From Lama guanicoe (Eukaryota), in assembly GCA_013239625.1 (NCBI GenBank), contig MU053994.1, forward strand, positions 499,775 to 563,774: 64,000 nt of DNA, in the 5' to 3' direction. The notes below the pieces were generated by a model, which worked only from the letters and a program-made list of their open reading frames with translations, was not told where the DNA came from and did not search any database. Shown piece after piece: positions 1 to 56,520 of the stretch (positions within the stretch are counted from its first letter, which is position 1; each line of letters opens with the position of its first letter). The position numbers and the translations under genes are program-made.

Positions 1-620
1 ATATTGTTTCTCTGAAGGTAATTATATTTTTCTTTGACTGCTTTTAATATTTTCCCCTTTTCTGTTGGATTTTCAACACTTACTATAACATACCTAGGTC
101 TGATTTTCTTTGTGTTTATCCATCTTGGGGTTTCTAGAGTGTCTTTTGTCATATTTGAAAATTTCTTGGATAAGATCTCTTTATGTACTGGTTTTCCCCA
201 CTCTCTCTCTCTCTCCTCTACTTCAGATACTCCAAATATGTATCTTAGTTCTAGTCAACATCTTTCGTATATCTCTTATAAACCTTTCTATATTTTCTAT
301 CGTTTTGTGTCTCTAAATTTTGTTACATTTAAATTAAATTTTGTGTAATTTTGTCTGACCTGTCTTTCAATTCACTAATCTTGTCTTTGGCTATGTCTAA
401 TTTGTTGTTGAATAACAAATTTAATCTGAATCTAATTCATAGAATCAGTTGTATTTTCTAATTTTAGAATTTTTATTTTTTTGTGTTGCATTTCTCTCTG
501 CTGACATTCTCACTCTTGTAATTTCTTGAATAAGTTATTTGCAAGTATTTTAAAGCCTATAAATTATAGCTTCATTATCTGCCTCCCACATGAGACTGAT
601 TCTATTTGTTGTTTTGTTTT
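1..620 (-). mobile_element. Old, degenerate L1 (L1M-type) fragment
   Basis: T-rich sequence resembling antisense L1 ORF1-region remnants; no intact frame. Confidence 0.5.
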
Positions 621-674
621 GCTCATATCTTGTTTTCTTATCAACCTGATAATATTTGATTGATGGACAAAATA

Positions 675-898
675 TGGTCGACCCTTGAACAATATGGGGT
701 TTAAGGTACCAACCTCCCTCCCATGCAGTCAAAAATCTAAGTATAACTTTACACTTGGCCCTCTGTATCTGCAGATTAATATCCATGGATTTAATCAGCC
801 ATAGATTGTGTAGTACTGCGGTATGTATTTACTGAAAAAAAAATCCATGTATAAGCAAACCTGTACAGTTTAAACCCATGTTGTTCAAGGGTCAACTG
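675..898. mobile_element. Tigger2-type (TcMar) MITE
   Basis: Terminal inverted repeats tggtcgacccttgaacaatatggg / cccatgttgttcaagggtcaactg, flanked by TA at 673-674 and 899-900. Confidence 0.85.
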
Positions 899-1033
899 TA
901 TTTGAAAAATTATAAATGTAGTGAGACTCTGTATAATAATATGTATCAATTGAGGATATACTTTTTTCTAGCAGAGAAATAGGATAGGGCCTTTGAATAT
1001 TCAAGATTACCTTAATCAAATCAGGATTTGAGC

Positions 1034-1809
1034 ATATCACTAATTACCAGAGAAATGCAAATAAAAACTACAATGAGGTACCACCTCACACAAGTCAGAA
1101 TGGCCATCATTCAAAAGTCCACAAATGATAAATGCTGGAGAGGGTGTGGAGAAAAGGGAACCCTCCTACACTGTTGATGGGAATGTAGTTTGGTGCAGCC
1201 TTTATGGAAACAGTGTGGAGATTCCTCAAAAAACTAAAAACAGACTTACCATAGGATCCAGCAATCCCGTTCCTAGGCATATATCTGAAAGGAACTCTAA
1301 TTCGGAAAGATACATGCACCCCAATGTTCATAGCAGCACTAGTTACAGTAGCCAAGACTTGGAAACAACAAAATGTCCATTGACAGATGAGCGGATAAAG
1401 AAGCTATGGTGTGTGTATATATATATATATATATACACAATGCAATATTACTTAGCCATAAAAAAGAATGAAATAACATCATTTGCAGCAATATGGATGT
1501 ATCTAGAGATTATCATACTAAGTGAAGCAAGTCAGGCAGAGAAAGAGAAATACCATATATCACTTATATGTGGAATCTGAAAAAAAAATGACACAAATGA
1601 ACTTATTTATAAAACAGAAACAGACTCACAGACAGAAAATAAACTTATGGTTCCCAAAAGGGAAAGAGAAGGGGGAGGGGTAAATTAGAAGAATGAGATT
1701 AAAAGATACACACCACTATATATAAAATAGATAAATAGCAAGGACCAACTATATAGCACAGGGAACTCTATTCAATAGCATATAATGACCTGTAATGAAA
1801 AAGAATGTG

Positions 1810-1853
<44 letters not shown>

Positions 1854-1932
1854 TGACTGAATCACTATGCTGTACACCGGAAACTAGCACAACATTGTAA
1901 ATCAACTATACTTCAATTAAAAAAAATTTAAA
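1034..1932 (+). mobile_element. 5'-truncated L1: ORF2 C-terminal remnant, 3' UTR and A tail
   Basis: Typical L1 ORF2-end sequence (ORF 1125..1580 ends in ..AIKKNEITSFAAIWMYLEIIILSE..); cetartiodactyl-type 3' UTR; poly(A); degenerate TSD (tcaggatttgagc / tcagagttggagc). Confidence 0.92.
1813..1850. repeat. (CA)n microsatellite inside the L1 3' UTR
   Basis: Perfect AC run of about 19 units. Confidence 0.95.
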
Positions 1933-2829
1933 AAGTCAGAGTTGGAGCTAATTTGAGAATTGGAGCCTTAATCCTTGAGAGAGCTGATCTGTTTTTGGAT
2001 CACATTTACTCCTAGGGGATAGTCCCACACAGTCTCAAAATATACCTATTAAATAAGAGAGGTGATTGATTTTATATATTATAAAGTGAAACTAAGAACA
2101 CTTAGAGGTTAGCATGTGTGTTAGTCGAGTTGGATTCAGTAAGTATCAAAGTTTGTCTGTGTGTTTCTCCACCCAGCTCTTTTCCCTCCAGATCCTGCTA
2201 AGGTGAGGTTTGCCATTTCAGGGCAATGAAGAAGGAAGTGGAATTTTAACAAATGACTGACCTTCCACTTACAGAGTCTGAAGACTCATAAGGAATTTCT
2301 TAATAACTATTTCTCCACTTCCTATACAGTATCATTTTATTTGATCCCTAGTATTTAATCATTTCCATTTTTTATTCCTTTGATGTTTATTTACCCTCTT
2401 CTCTACAGTCTGGACCCTTATTTGCTCAGACAGCAGTAACTAGGGACTGTGACTCATGGGCCTGTCAGTCAGGAATTGCCTCGAGCTTCTGTATGGGAAG
2501 AGGAGTTTAGTCCTTAATTTCTAAATGCCAGTTGTAATTAATGAAGCATACTTTTCAGTACACAACCCCAGGGGCTTGTGTATTCATGCATTGCTAATTG
2601 AAAGTTTTGCCATCAGCTCGTCTGCTAGTCAGTATGGATGGTAACAGCAGGTCTAATTCATGCAGAATTAGCAGCCCTGGTCAGATCAACATTAGGTCAT
2701 ATATATAGAGAGAGACTTTTAATGTGTTAGCTCACTGGAATCTGAAAGTTGTTTGTTATGGAAGTTAGCCTACCCAAACTAGCATAACCCCTTCCTTTTG
2801 TTTTTTTCCCCTTAATATTTGTATGCTGT

Positions 2830-3045
2830 ATATTTACTTATTTATCTCATTTATTATCTTTCTTCCTCCACTAGGATATGAGCTTCAGAGCCATGTGGGC
2901 AGGGTTTTTTTTTAATCTATAATGTTCAATAAAGTAGGTCTAGTGCCTAAAGAATGCCTATAGTAGGTATGCAGTGAACATTTGTTAACTGATTAGATGA
3001 ATGGATTAATAAGGAAATGAATGGATAAATTGATGAATGAATAGA
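2830..3045 (+). mobile_element. L2 3' end
   Basis: ccactaggatatgagcttc...tagtaggtatgcagtgaacatttgttaactg followed by (TGAA/TGGA)-like tail. Confidence 0.6.
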
Positions 3046-3132
3046 TGGCAGAGTCCTGCTTTTAAAGCATTTCAGGCTTAAGCAAGTTAGGGAACAATTG
3101 TGATTTTCTTCTGTCAGGAGCATGGGATTAAT

Positions 3133-3164
<32 letters not shown>

Positions 3165-3183
3165 ACACACACTCACACACACT
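3133..3183. repeat. Interrupted (CA)n microsatellite
   Basis: Direct reading. Confidence 0.9.
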
Positions 3184-4699
3184 CGCCATGCCAAATACAT
3201 TTGTCCTCTGAACAGAATAAATTTCCAGCTGTCACAGAAAGAACAATAAGACAAGTCATTGTCAGAAGGGTATAAGAAAGTTGAAAGTTCTATGTCTTCC
3301 TTAGATGCTAATGCTCAGTACAGAACTTCTGAATCACTTGTACTTCTTTTATTGGTGAAACAATGACTTAATAAACCCAACCATCCACTTATCCAACTGA
3401 TCTGTCCTTTGACCTATCCATCCATCCTTCCTACAACATTTCTTGATAGCCTGTTGGTATGCTAGGAGATAAAGATACAAAGATGAATAAAATATGGACT
3501 GCCCTCAATGGTTTCATAGTCTAAGGAAGAAGATGAGTTTGTTATATTATTGTCTCATCAGTAGAGTAAATTCTGATTCATGCATTAAAATGTTCTGAGG
3601 AAGAAACAGAACTCTCAGTGTGATTCTTCCACCTCCTTGGCAAAAGCAACTTACATCTTCTGTGACAGCTGGAAATTTACATGATGAGTGTTTAATTTGA
3701 TATAAACAGAATTCCTCCTCATTTTTAAAGCTGGAAACAGAGGCCATTATTTTCCAATGTTCCAGCTGCTAGTCTGTGTGATCTCAGAGAGTATCTGTCA
3801 GTGTTGGAAGTATCCTGTTTGCTATTCATGGAGTGATTTTCGAAAAGGAAGCATGAATGATGTTTCATTGGCAGTGAACGCCCTTTGTTTGTCATAGGAG
3901 AATGCTGCAGCGCCAGTGGGCTGTCTCCATGTTCAATAGACCATAAAATTGAAATTCCCACCCTGACCTCTGAGAGATGAGATGAGTCAGAAAGTGACTC
4001 ATTCTCTAATCAGTTGGAAGCACAACCTTTATTGTCATTTACCTTGGATTGGGTAAAAGTAAAGAGATTTTATTGCTGTTACTGAAAACGATTACAGCAA
4101 GGACAGATAGAAGGAAGCTACCTGTCACAGTGGGCTGAGCAGTCCTTGAGATTTTCTCCAGCCCCTTCTGATTCTAACAAGTTGGTTGCTGTTGGTCTAG
4201 TCATAAAACTCACTCTATAGAAACAGAATAAAAGGGACCCTGACGCAGCCATTTAATTCATTTTGTTATCTTAATGAGACCTACCGAATTCCACATGATT
4301 ATGTTAGCTGACGCAGTTGCCATCCAACACCAAGACAGTCATAATGATCATTTTTCCTAATAAACAACCCAGTTGGACTCACAGAGACCTAAAAGGTAAA
4401 AGCAACATGACAGGAAACTGAAAAATGAAATACTTCTAATACGGTGTTGATGAGCTGATCTTATTTATATTCATGCCATGGGGTGACTTTTCATGCTGCT
4501 GTATGTCCTTGTGAAAGTCTTCCTCTTTTTAAAGGAGGAGCCTGATGTTTTTGTTTTTGATGAATTGGTAGTGATTATTGAAATAGATTAAAATAACTGA
4601 AATAGGTGAAATATGAGCCTCTGTCAGTAACTTGAAAGAAGCTAGTACCAATGGTTGGAACATACACAGAGAGACTGCAGGAGAGAAGGTATAGTCCTT

Positions 4700-5313
4700 T
4701 GTTACAAGAAAGAGAAACACAGCCCCTGACATCTGGAAACTGGTCTGACATTTACATGGGGGCCTTGATGTTGTTAGCAGCGGACCTGGCACTCACAGGT
4801 AGGCATTGATCTTCTTCCGTTGGATGTAAACAACCTCAGAGCACCAGCATTCCGTAAGATCACTCTGAAACCATGATGAAGTAAGACAAAATAAAAAAAC
4901 CTCATAATCTTGCCTAAGGATAGACCAAAACAAGGTGAATGTTCAAGTCACAAATTTACCAAACATCCCCCTTTCTTGGCTAACATGAATGACCTGATAC
5001 TTGCTTACCAATTACAGCTTTAGCCTTATTCTAGTCTGTGCTTCTTCTAGATAACACTTAAGATACCAATCATAGCATTGTCTCCACTTCCTGATATCAA
5101 CTCACCTAGAGCAGATCTCTGCTCCCTTGAACTCTCCCCAAAATTACCTAACATGACCCCAAGTCCTATATGAAGTCCTTTTGAACACTTTCTTACTGAG
5201 GCTTTCCATGGTTCTTCATGGCACATGTTTTTCTTCAGTGCAACAAACAAAAATCTGAACTTGTTCAACCAGAAGTGTGATCTTGGCAATCTTTTGGTCT
5301 GGTGGGTATTGGC
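4700..5313 (+). mobile_element. Probable ERV1-class solo LTR
   Basis: Begins TGTTACA, ends TGGCA; internal tata-like (cctatatgaa) and degenerate poly(A) region; family not identified. Confidence 0.5.
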
Positions 5314-5603
5314 AGTTGCCACATAGTCATTTCAAAATTACTCTCAGTTTAGCAAATTTCAATAATCTAACTACAAGGGAAAGATTCACATCAGAGTATT
5401 CCCACACTGACCCACAGACTTTTGGAGGGATAAGATGTTGTTTTGAGTGCCTTGACATGCTATTTTTATCACTTATTAATCATATCCAGGAACACCCCCC
5501 CTTTTAGAATGCTTTGTTTACTGGGGTATAATATCTTAATGCCCACATAGACTAGAGGGATTGTTTTAATGTGAAAATATCGTATGTATCAAAATATTCG
5601 AGG

Positions 5604-5727
5604 AGGGAGGGTATGGCTCAGTGGTAGAGAGCATGCCTAGCATGCATGAGGTCCTGGGTTCATTCCCCAGTACCTCCATTAAATAACAAATAAACATAAT
5701 TACCTCCCCGCAAACAAACAAAAAAAG
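5604..5727 (+). mobile_element. tRNA-Ala-derived SINE (camelid Vic-1 type)
   Basis: gggagggtatggctcagtggtagagagcatgcctagcatgcatgaggtcctgggttcattccccagtacctcca with pol III A and B boxes, then AT-rich body and A tail. Confidence 0.88.
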
Positions 5728-5729
5728 AC

Positions 5730-8130
5730 ACTCTACATGTACAACTTAAACCATAATAAGGAGTATCTGTGTATTCATCACCCAGTTTAAGAATGAGAAC
5801 ATTCTTGTTTTGCCTTGTCATTCCCTTGCTTTGCTTTATGATTTTACTGCACTTGGATGTGTCCCTAAGTAATATATTTTCTAATTTTTCATTTTGGAAT
5901 TCTGTAGAAATGGAAATCATACCGTATGTATTCTTTGTGACATTTTTAAACTCAATGTATTTTTTGTGTAATCTGTCTACGTTTATGTGAATACCATTCC
6001 ATTCATCTTCACTGTTGTCCTACATCTATTTTCTTGTTGATGGAGATTTATATTGTTTTAGTTTATAATGTTACAAAAAATACAGTGATAATATCTTTTT
6101 ATGTGGCCAAACAAACATGTACAAGAGTTTGTAAAAGTGAGGGTTATGACCCATTGGTAGGTCTTGACCAGCATTTTTTTTTTAAAAAAGAAGGAAACAG
6201 AATAGAAAATGTCAGTATATATATATATATACTTATATGTGTGTGTATGTTATTATTTATATGTATGTGCCTCTATTTTCTGGATTATGATATAAAATTT
6301 TTTCTTTCCAATTCCCTCTTCCCCCACTTCTGATAATCACAAACCTGATCTCTTTTTCTGAGTTTGTTGTTTTGAAGTATAATTGCCCTGCAATACTGTG
6401 TTGGTTTCCTGGTGCACAACATAAGTCTAGTTACCATCTGTCCCCATACAGAGGTATTACATTATTATTGACTGTATTCCCCATGCTGTACATTTCATCC
6501 CCTTGACTCATTTATTTTGTGCCTGGGAGTTTGTACCTCTTAATCTCTCTCACTTATTTCACTCGTTCCCTTACCCTCCGCCCCTCTGGCAACCAGCTGT
6601 ATTTCTTACTGTAACCTCTGCCAAAAATGTTTGAGAAGACTCCTGTAGGAAGTGTACCTGGGAATGAAACTGTAAGGCAAATGGTGTGAGCATTTTCAGC
6701 TTTATAAGGTAATATTACATTGTTTTTTTTTTAAATAATCGTACCAATTTAAATTCCACCAACATTGTATAAAATTTGCCTTTGCTAAACAATCTTACCA
6801 ACACTTGGCATCAGGAAAAGTTTTCATTGTTGTCCAACTGGTAGGTATAAATGGGTATCTTACTATGATTTTAATTTGAATTTTTTGGATTACTAACGAG
6901 GTTGAGTAACTTTTCATAGGTTTATTGGCCGTTTGGGGTTCCTTTTCTGTGATTTGACTATTTATGTATTGCCCAATTTTCTGTTAGGCTTTTAGTCTCT
7001 TCTTTACTGATTTGAAGGTATTTTTTATGACCCCTTTCATCTCAAAGTCTATTTTGTCAGCTATTTGTACAATATCAAGTTTCTGTTGGTTAATATTTAC
7101 ATGGTATATATGTTTTTTTACTATTTGCCTTTCAACCTTTCCATGTCTATATGCTTAAAATGAAATTTTTCTATATAGCATATATGCTATTTTAAATAGG
7201 TTATATGTACTTAAATATTTGCTATACATATATGCTCTCTACATAATATGTGTTCCATATACATAAACATACTATGTGTATGTGCTATGTATAATTTTTA
7301 AAGTTTAATCTGACAATATTTTTTCTTAAACTGTAGAGTTCAGTCTGCTTATATTCATTGTAATTACTGTAATATTTACTTTTGTATTGTGATTACTATA
7401 ATATTTGCTTTTATTATCTATAGATTGATCAAAGTACTATATTTGTCTCCATTTTTTCCTTTCTACTAGTGCAAATATTATGAGTTTTTATTTTGAGTGG
7501 TTACTCTAGAAATTACAACATTCATATTTAATTTGATAAATCATTAGTTTTACCCTTCTTCTAATCGGTAAAAGGAACTTGAATTCTTAAACTCCAGATA
7601 TCTTCATCCTTGCTTGTATATACTTTTTGTCCTATTTTTTAGACATATCTTCTTTTCAGTTCAACAATTTAGATATTATAATTTTTGTTTATACATCAAC
7701 ATTTGTTTGGATTTATCCACATGTTTTACCAATTTCATTTTTCACCCTTCCTTTTTATGTCTCAGGTCTACTTTACCTCCTCTTGAAGTACAGGCTTTAG
7801 AAGCTCCTTTAGTGAAGCTCTATTAATAGTAAATTAACTCATTTTTTATTTTACTGAAAATTTTTTTATTTCACCCTTTTTCCTAAACAGTGGTTTCTCT
7901 GCATATACAGTTCTAGATTGATAGTTATTTTCTCTCAGGACTTTGAATATAGCATTTCACTGGCTTCTGGATTTCATTATTTCTATTGAAAGTCAGCTGT
8001 CATTCTAAGCATCATTCCTTTGTATTGTAATCTGGTTTTTTCCCCCTCTGTAGCTACATTTAAGATGTTCTTTTTATCTGTAGTGTTCTGCAGTTTCACC
8101 TTAAGGTGTCTTAGGATTTCTTTTTACTTT
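5730..8130 (-). mobile_element. Cluster of old antisense L1 (L1ME-like) fragments with a younger L1 3' fragment near 6310-6600
   Basis: T-rich L1 antisense motifs (tggaaatcataccgtatgtattc, atgggtatcttactatgattttaatttg, tgctgtacatttcatccccttgactc). Confidence 0.65.
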
Positions 8131-8894
8131 TCCTGTTGGAAAGGAAGAAAGGATTAAATATATACCATCATCTTCACAAAGCCAGGGTCACTGTTTGTCT
8201 TATTCACGTCTGTACTCTTAACCTTAGCACAGGGCTTAACACTTATAGGAAGGCAATAAATATATGATGTGTAATGAATAAATTTATAAATAATTCTAAT
8301 TGGTTTCTTTAAGAATAATAGGGAAACTCATCTTATTTCAGCATATCTAATAAGCATATCTTATCTCATATCTCCAGTAGTTAATAGAAGATAAAGGAGG
8401 AAAATCAATCTTTTGGTCACTAGTCTTCTTTTTTAGAGTAAGATTGCCTGTTTTCCCCCTATAAATTTGAGGAGAACTTGACTACATTTAAATAAGCTTC
8501 AAGTAAAAGTTTGAAGTCCCAGGAGTTTAATGTTAAAGGAAATTAGGGCCTAGCAAATTCTGAATACTGGGTACTTAATTTCAGTCAAACTCATTCTTCA
8601 CTGTATGACCTTGTCTTTCTGAACTATTAGATTGATGTGGCAGAGAGGGATATAAACTTCATAGTGCGTGTCATGTTTCTTTTCTTTCCTCTTTCACCCC
8701 TCTTTTATTCCTATCACTCTACCCCAAACACAGAGATGCGCGCGTGTGCGCACACACACACAATCACAGCCCATCATATTACCTGTTATTCCTCGGCTTC
8801 TGTAGGTTTTCACCCTTATTGAAAGCCTTGTCATAGCTGGCAGCTACAAGTTCTCTTCAGACAATTTTGCCACATGTAAAGTGTACAAGCTTTC

Positions 8895-9090
8895 GGTACA
8901 AATCCTGTTTTTGCCATAATACTTTTATAACTTTGGGCAAGTAATTTAACCCATGTGAGCTTTGATTTCCCCATCTACAAATTGAGACTAGTGTGGCTAC
9001 TTTATGGCTTACAGTGAGGCTTACAGATGTCATGTGTAAGTGCCTAGCACGTGACTTGGTGCATGATACACACTCACTAGGTATTAGTTC
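8895..9090 (+). mobile_element. MIR SINE
   Basis: Core ctttgggcaagtaatttaacc...tttccccatctacaaattg. Confidence 0.75.
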
Positions 9091-9553
9091 CCTGGTCTTC
9101 TGCTAAGCCTTCCGTCTACCTCCAAGACCTGAGATGATGGCAAAGGCATAATCCCAAGAGACTGTTGTAAAATGACAAATGTCCATTATCCGAGTCAAGC
9201 AAATATGAGGATTATAGTTATTGTTCATACAAGAGCAGTAAGAGGTAATGACTAGCAGTTCTGGGAAGATCTTATTTGTGTTAGGTGTTGGCAACTTTAG
9301 GCATGTATGGTGAAGATGATACAGAGGCCCATTTCCTGGGGCATGTGGACCTGGTGTGTCCCACTTCCCCCTGTCACACCTGAAACTGCTGTCACTGTGC
9401 TGTCCACCTCACCTTATATCCCAAGAACATACCAGAAAGAAAAAAAAAAAGGAGCTAAGACTTTGACATGCCACTATTGGGTGGCTTTCAATCACTGATC
9501 TATAGTATTCCCCTTGTTCTTGTTTCGTTTTGTGTAAATTCTTTGCCTTATTA

Positions 9554-9891
9554 TGGAGGTTGGCGAACTTTTAAAAAATAAAATGCCAGACAGTAAATGT
9601 GTCAGACTTTGTGTGCCCTGTGGTCTCTGCCACAAATACTCAAATTTGCAGTCATAGAAAAGCAGCCAGAGACAATACATAAACAAACGCGCGTGGCTGT
9701 GTTCCAATAAAACTTTATTAACAGACACTGAATTTGGAATATAATTCATATAATTTTCACGTGTCATGAAATATCCTGCTTTAGACTTTTCCCAACCATT
9801 TAAAAGTGTAAAACCCATCCCTAGCTTGTAGGCCAGGCAAAACAGGTAGTGGGGCGAATTTGGCCCCCAAGCCATAGTTTGCCTACCTCTG
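9554..9891 (+). mobile_element. MER58B-like hAT-Charlie MITE
   Basis: gaggttggcgaact...gtggctgtgttccaataaaactttatt...catagtttgcctacctctg; inverted ends. Confidence 0.85.
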
Positions 9892-9993
9892 CCCTCTTGT
9901 TCCTCTGAATTTTCTGTATTTATCTTCTTACAACTTGCACCAGCCATTTCTTGAGCTGAATATTCAAAGAAATCGGTTTTTGTGTTGGATTAT

Positions 9994-10580
9994 TGTATTG
10001 TTTCTATTGCCACCATAACAAATTGCCACAATTTAGCAGCTTAAAACAACATCAATATATGATCTGACAGTTCCGGAGCTCAGAAGTCTAGGTTGGCTTG
10101 GCTGGTGTCTCTACTCAAGGTTCACTAGGCTGAAATCAAGGTGTTGGTCAGCTGAGCTCATATCAGGAGGCTCTGGGAAGATTCCACTTCCCAGCTCGTT
10201 TTGGTGGGCAGATTCTGAGTCTTTGCAGGGAAGAGGTTTCTGTTTCCCTGTTGCCTCTTAGCTGAGAGCCAGCCTTTGCTTCTCTCTCTCTGGTCCTTGC
10301 ACGTGGACCTCTGCATCTCAGAGCCCTCTTCTCACGTTTGGAATCTCTCTCACTTCCCATTCTGCAGCATCGCAGTATTCGACTTCCTCTTTTTCTTCCT
10401 CTGTTTTTAAGGATTCACTGATTACTATGGGGCCACCCAGATAATCCAGGACAATCTCCCTATTTTAAGGTCAGCTGATAAGTCATTTCATTTCCCTCTG
10501 CAAAGTTCAATCACAGCAGTACCTAGATTAGCATTTGATTGAATAAATTAAGGGACAGGAAGGCAACATCTTAAGAATTT
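9994..10580 (-). mobile_element. MLT1 (MaLR) solo LTR
   Basis: tgtattgtttctattgccaccataacaaattgccacaatttagcagcttaaaacaac is the reverse complement of the MLT1 3' end. Confidence 0.85.
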
Positions 10581-11724
10581 ATAAGTCTATAGATCACTTG
10601 AGATGTATCCAGAAATAACGCATCCCAGTATTTAGTTCTTGGTATATTTTATATAGTAATGGAGCGAATCTAATATTCTTTGCTTCTCAGTAGGTGATCT
10701 AGCCACTTGAGAGTAAATCTGGAGTGGAACTGTGTTTCATACATAACTTACCTTTGTTAGGAAGCAGCAGAAGTAGTTCAGAAGTACTGTGTTTCAGGGT
10801 GGTTGCTGCACAGAACAAGTTGACATATTTTTCTGGAGTGATTTTTGTATGTTTAAGATACAATTGTTAATTTCTAAGTCCAATCAGTTACTGAATCACA
10901 TGGATATAATACTCTAGGGCTAGAAATCGCTAATGGGCTCTCAGCTGCTTGTCTTCAGCCACCATGTCAGACTCGTCACCCATCTTGCTGGTTCACATCC
11001 TCAGTGGTCCAAATACTTTTATCTTTCTTTTTACTCCTTATCCCCACGATACCCAAATACTCATCTTCATCATTTCCTATCCTGCCTGCTGCAATAACTT
11101 CCTAATCGGTCTGCCTGCTTCTGGTTTTCTCCTCTTCATAATGCTCCAGAGATTATATGATCCATCCTGAAGTTTAGAAAAACTGCCAGAGTTCCTCATT
11201 GCCTCCTAAATAGCATTCCATCTCCTTAGCCTGACATTCAAAGATTTCTATTATGTGACCTAATCCTACATTTCAACCTCATTTTCCATTATAATCCTGC
11301 ATTGAGGTGTTGGGACAGTAGTAGGCGAACATGGGCCATATTCTGAGAATGGAAAATAGGCCTATGTGACAAGGGTGAAGGTTTGTGTAACCATTGCAGA
11401 TGGCTATGATTGTTGAAAGGTCCTTCTTGCCCACCTTCAACGTTCAATTGATTGTGAAACGCAGACAGGCCTTTCCACCACCTACATTTTTAATTTATCT
11501 CCTCCTTTCTCTTAGCTTGCCATTGCCCTAGCCTGGGTCTTGTCATCTCTCTCCTGGACTGTTGCCATGGCCAGTCTGTCTCCTTGTCCCAGTCTCTCTT
11601 TACTCTAACCCAGTCATCATGGTACATCAAGGTGTCATTCTAAAACAGAGTCATGGACCCTTGATAATGCACAACCTTCATTTGTTCTCCATTGTTTCCA
11701 GTGAGGATTATTGACCCACTGATG

Positions 11725-11945
11725 CAATGGTTAAGAACTTGAGCTGTAGGCCAGACTGCTTGGGATGGAATCCTGGCTCTATGTGTGAGACATGTCATTT
11801 TATTGCTCTAAGTCTCAGTTTCCTGATCTATAAAATGGAGATAATAATGTTTACACAGGGTTGTTATGTGGGTAAAAATATATTAGGTATGAAGAGCAAT
11901 TAGCAAGTACCTAGTACATAGTACGTATTCAACTAATAGTGGCCA
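11725..11945 (+). mobile_element. MIR SINE
   Basis: tctaagtctcagtttcctgatctataaaatggagataataat core. Confidence 0.8.
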
Positions 11946-12054
11946 TGATAATCACTATAAAATATTCCAAAGATTGAGATGATTCTATAAATAATTGGCA
12001 ATTTTTTACTTAATTAGGGATTTTTGAGAGCTTATTATTTGGCTAAATAATTGA

Positions 12055-56520
<44,466 letters not shown>

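Noticed and set aside
1125..1580. 151-aa ORF
   Set aside because: Frameshifted remnant of the L1 ORF2 C-terminus, interrupted by a (TA)n run.
5604..5677. Possible tRNA-Ala gene (also 15294-15369)
   Set aside because: Extra 5' bases, stem mismatches, A-rich tails and a TSD indicate SINE copies; there is no pol III T-run terminator.
9492..9947. 151-aa minus-strand ORF
   Set aside because: Lies across a non-coding MER58-type MITE; chance ORF.
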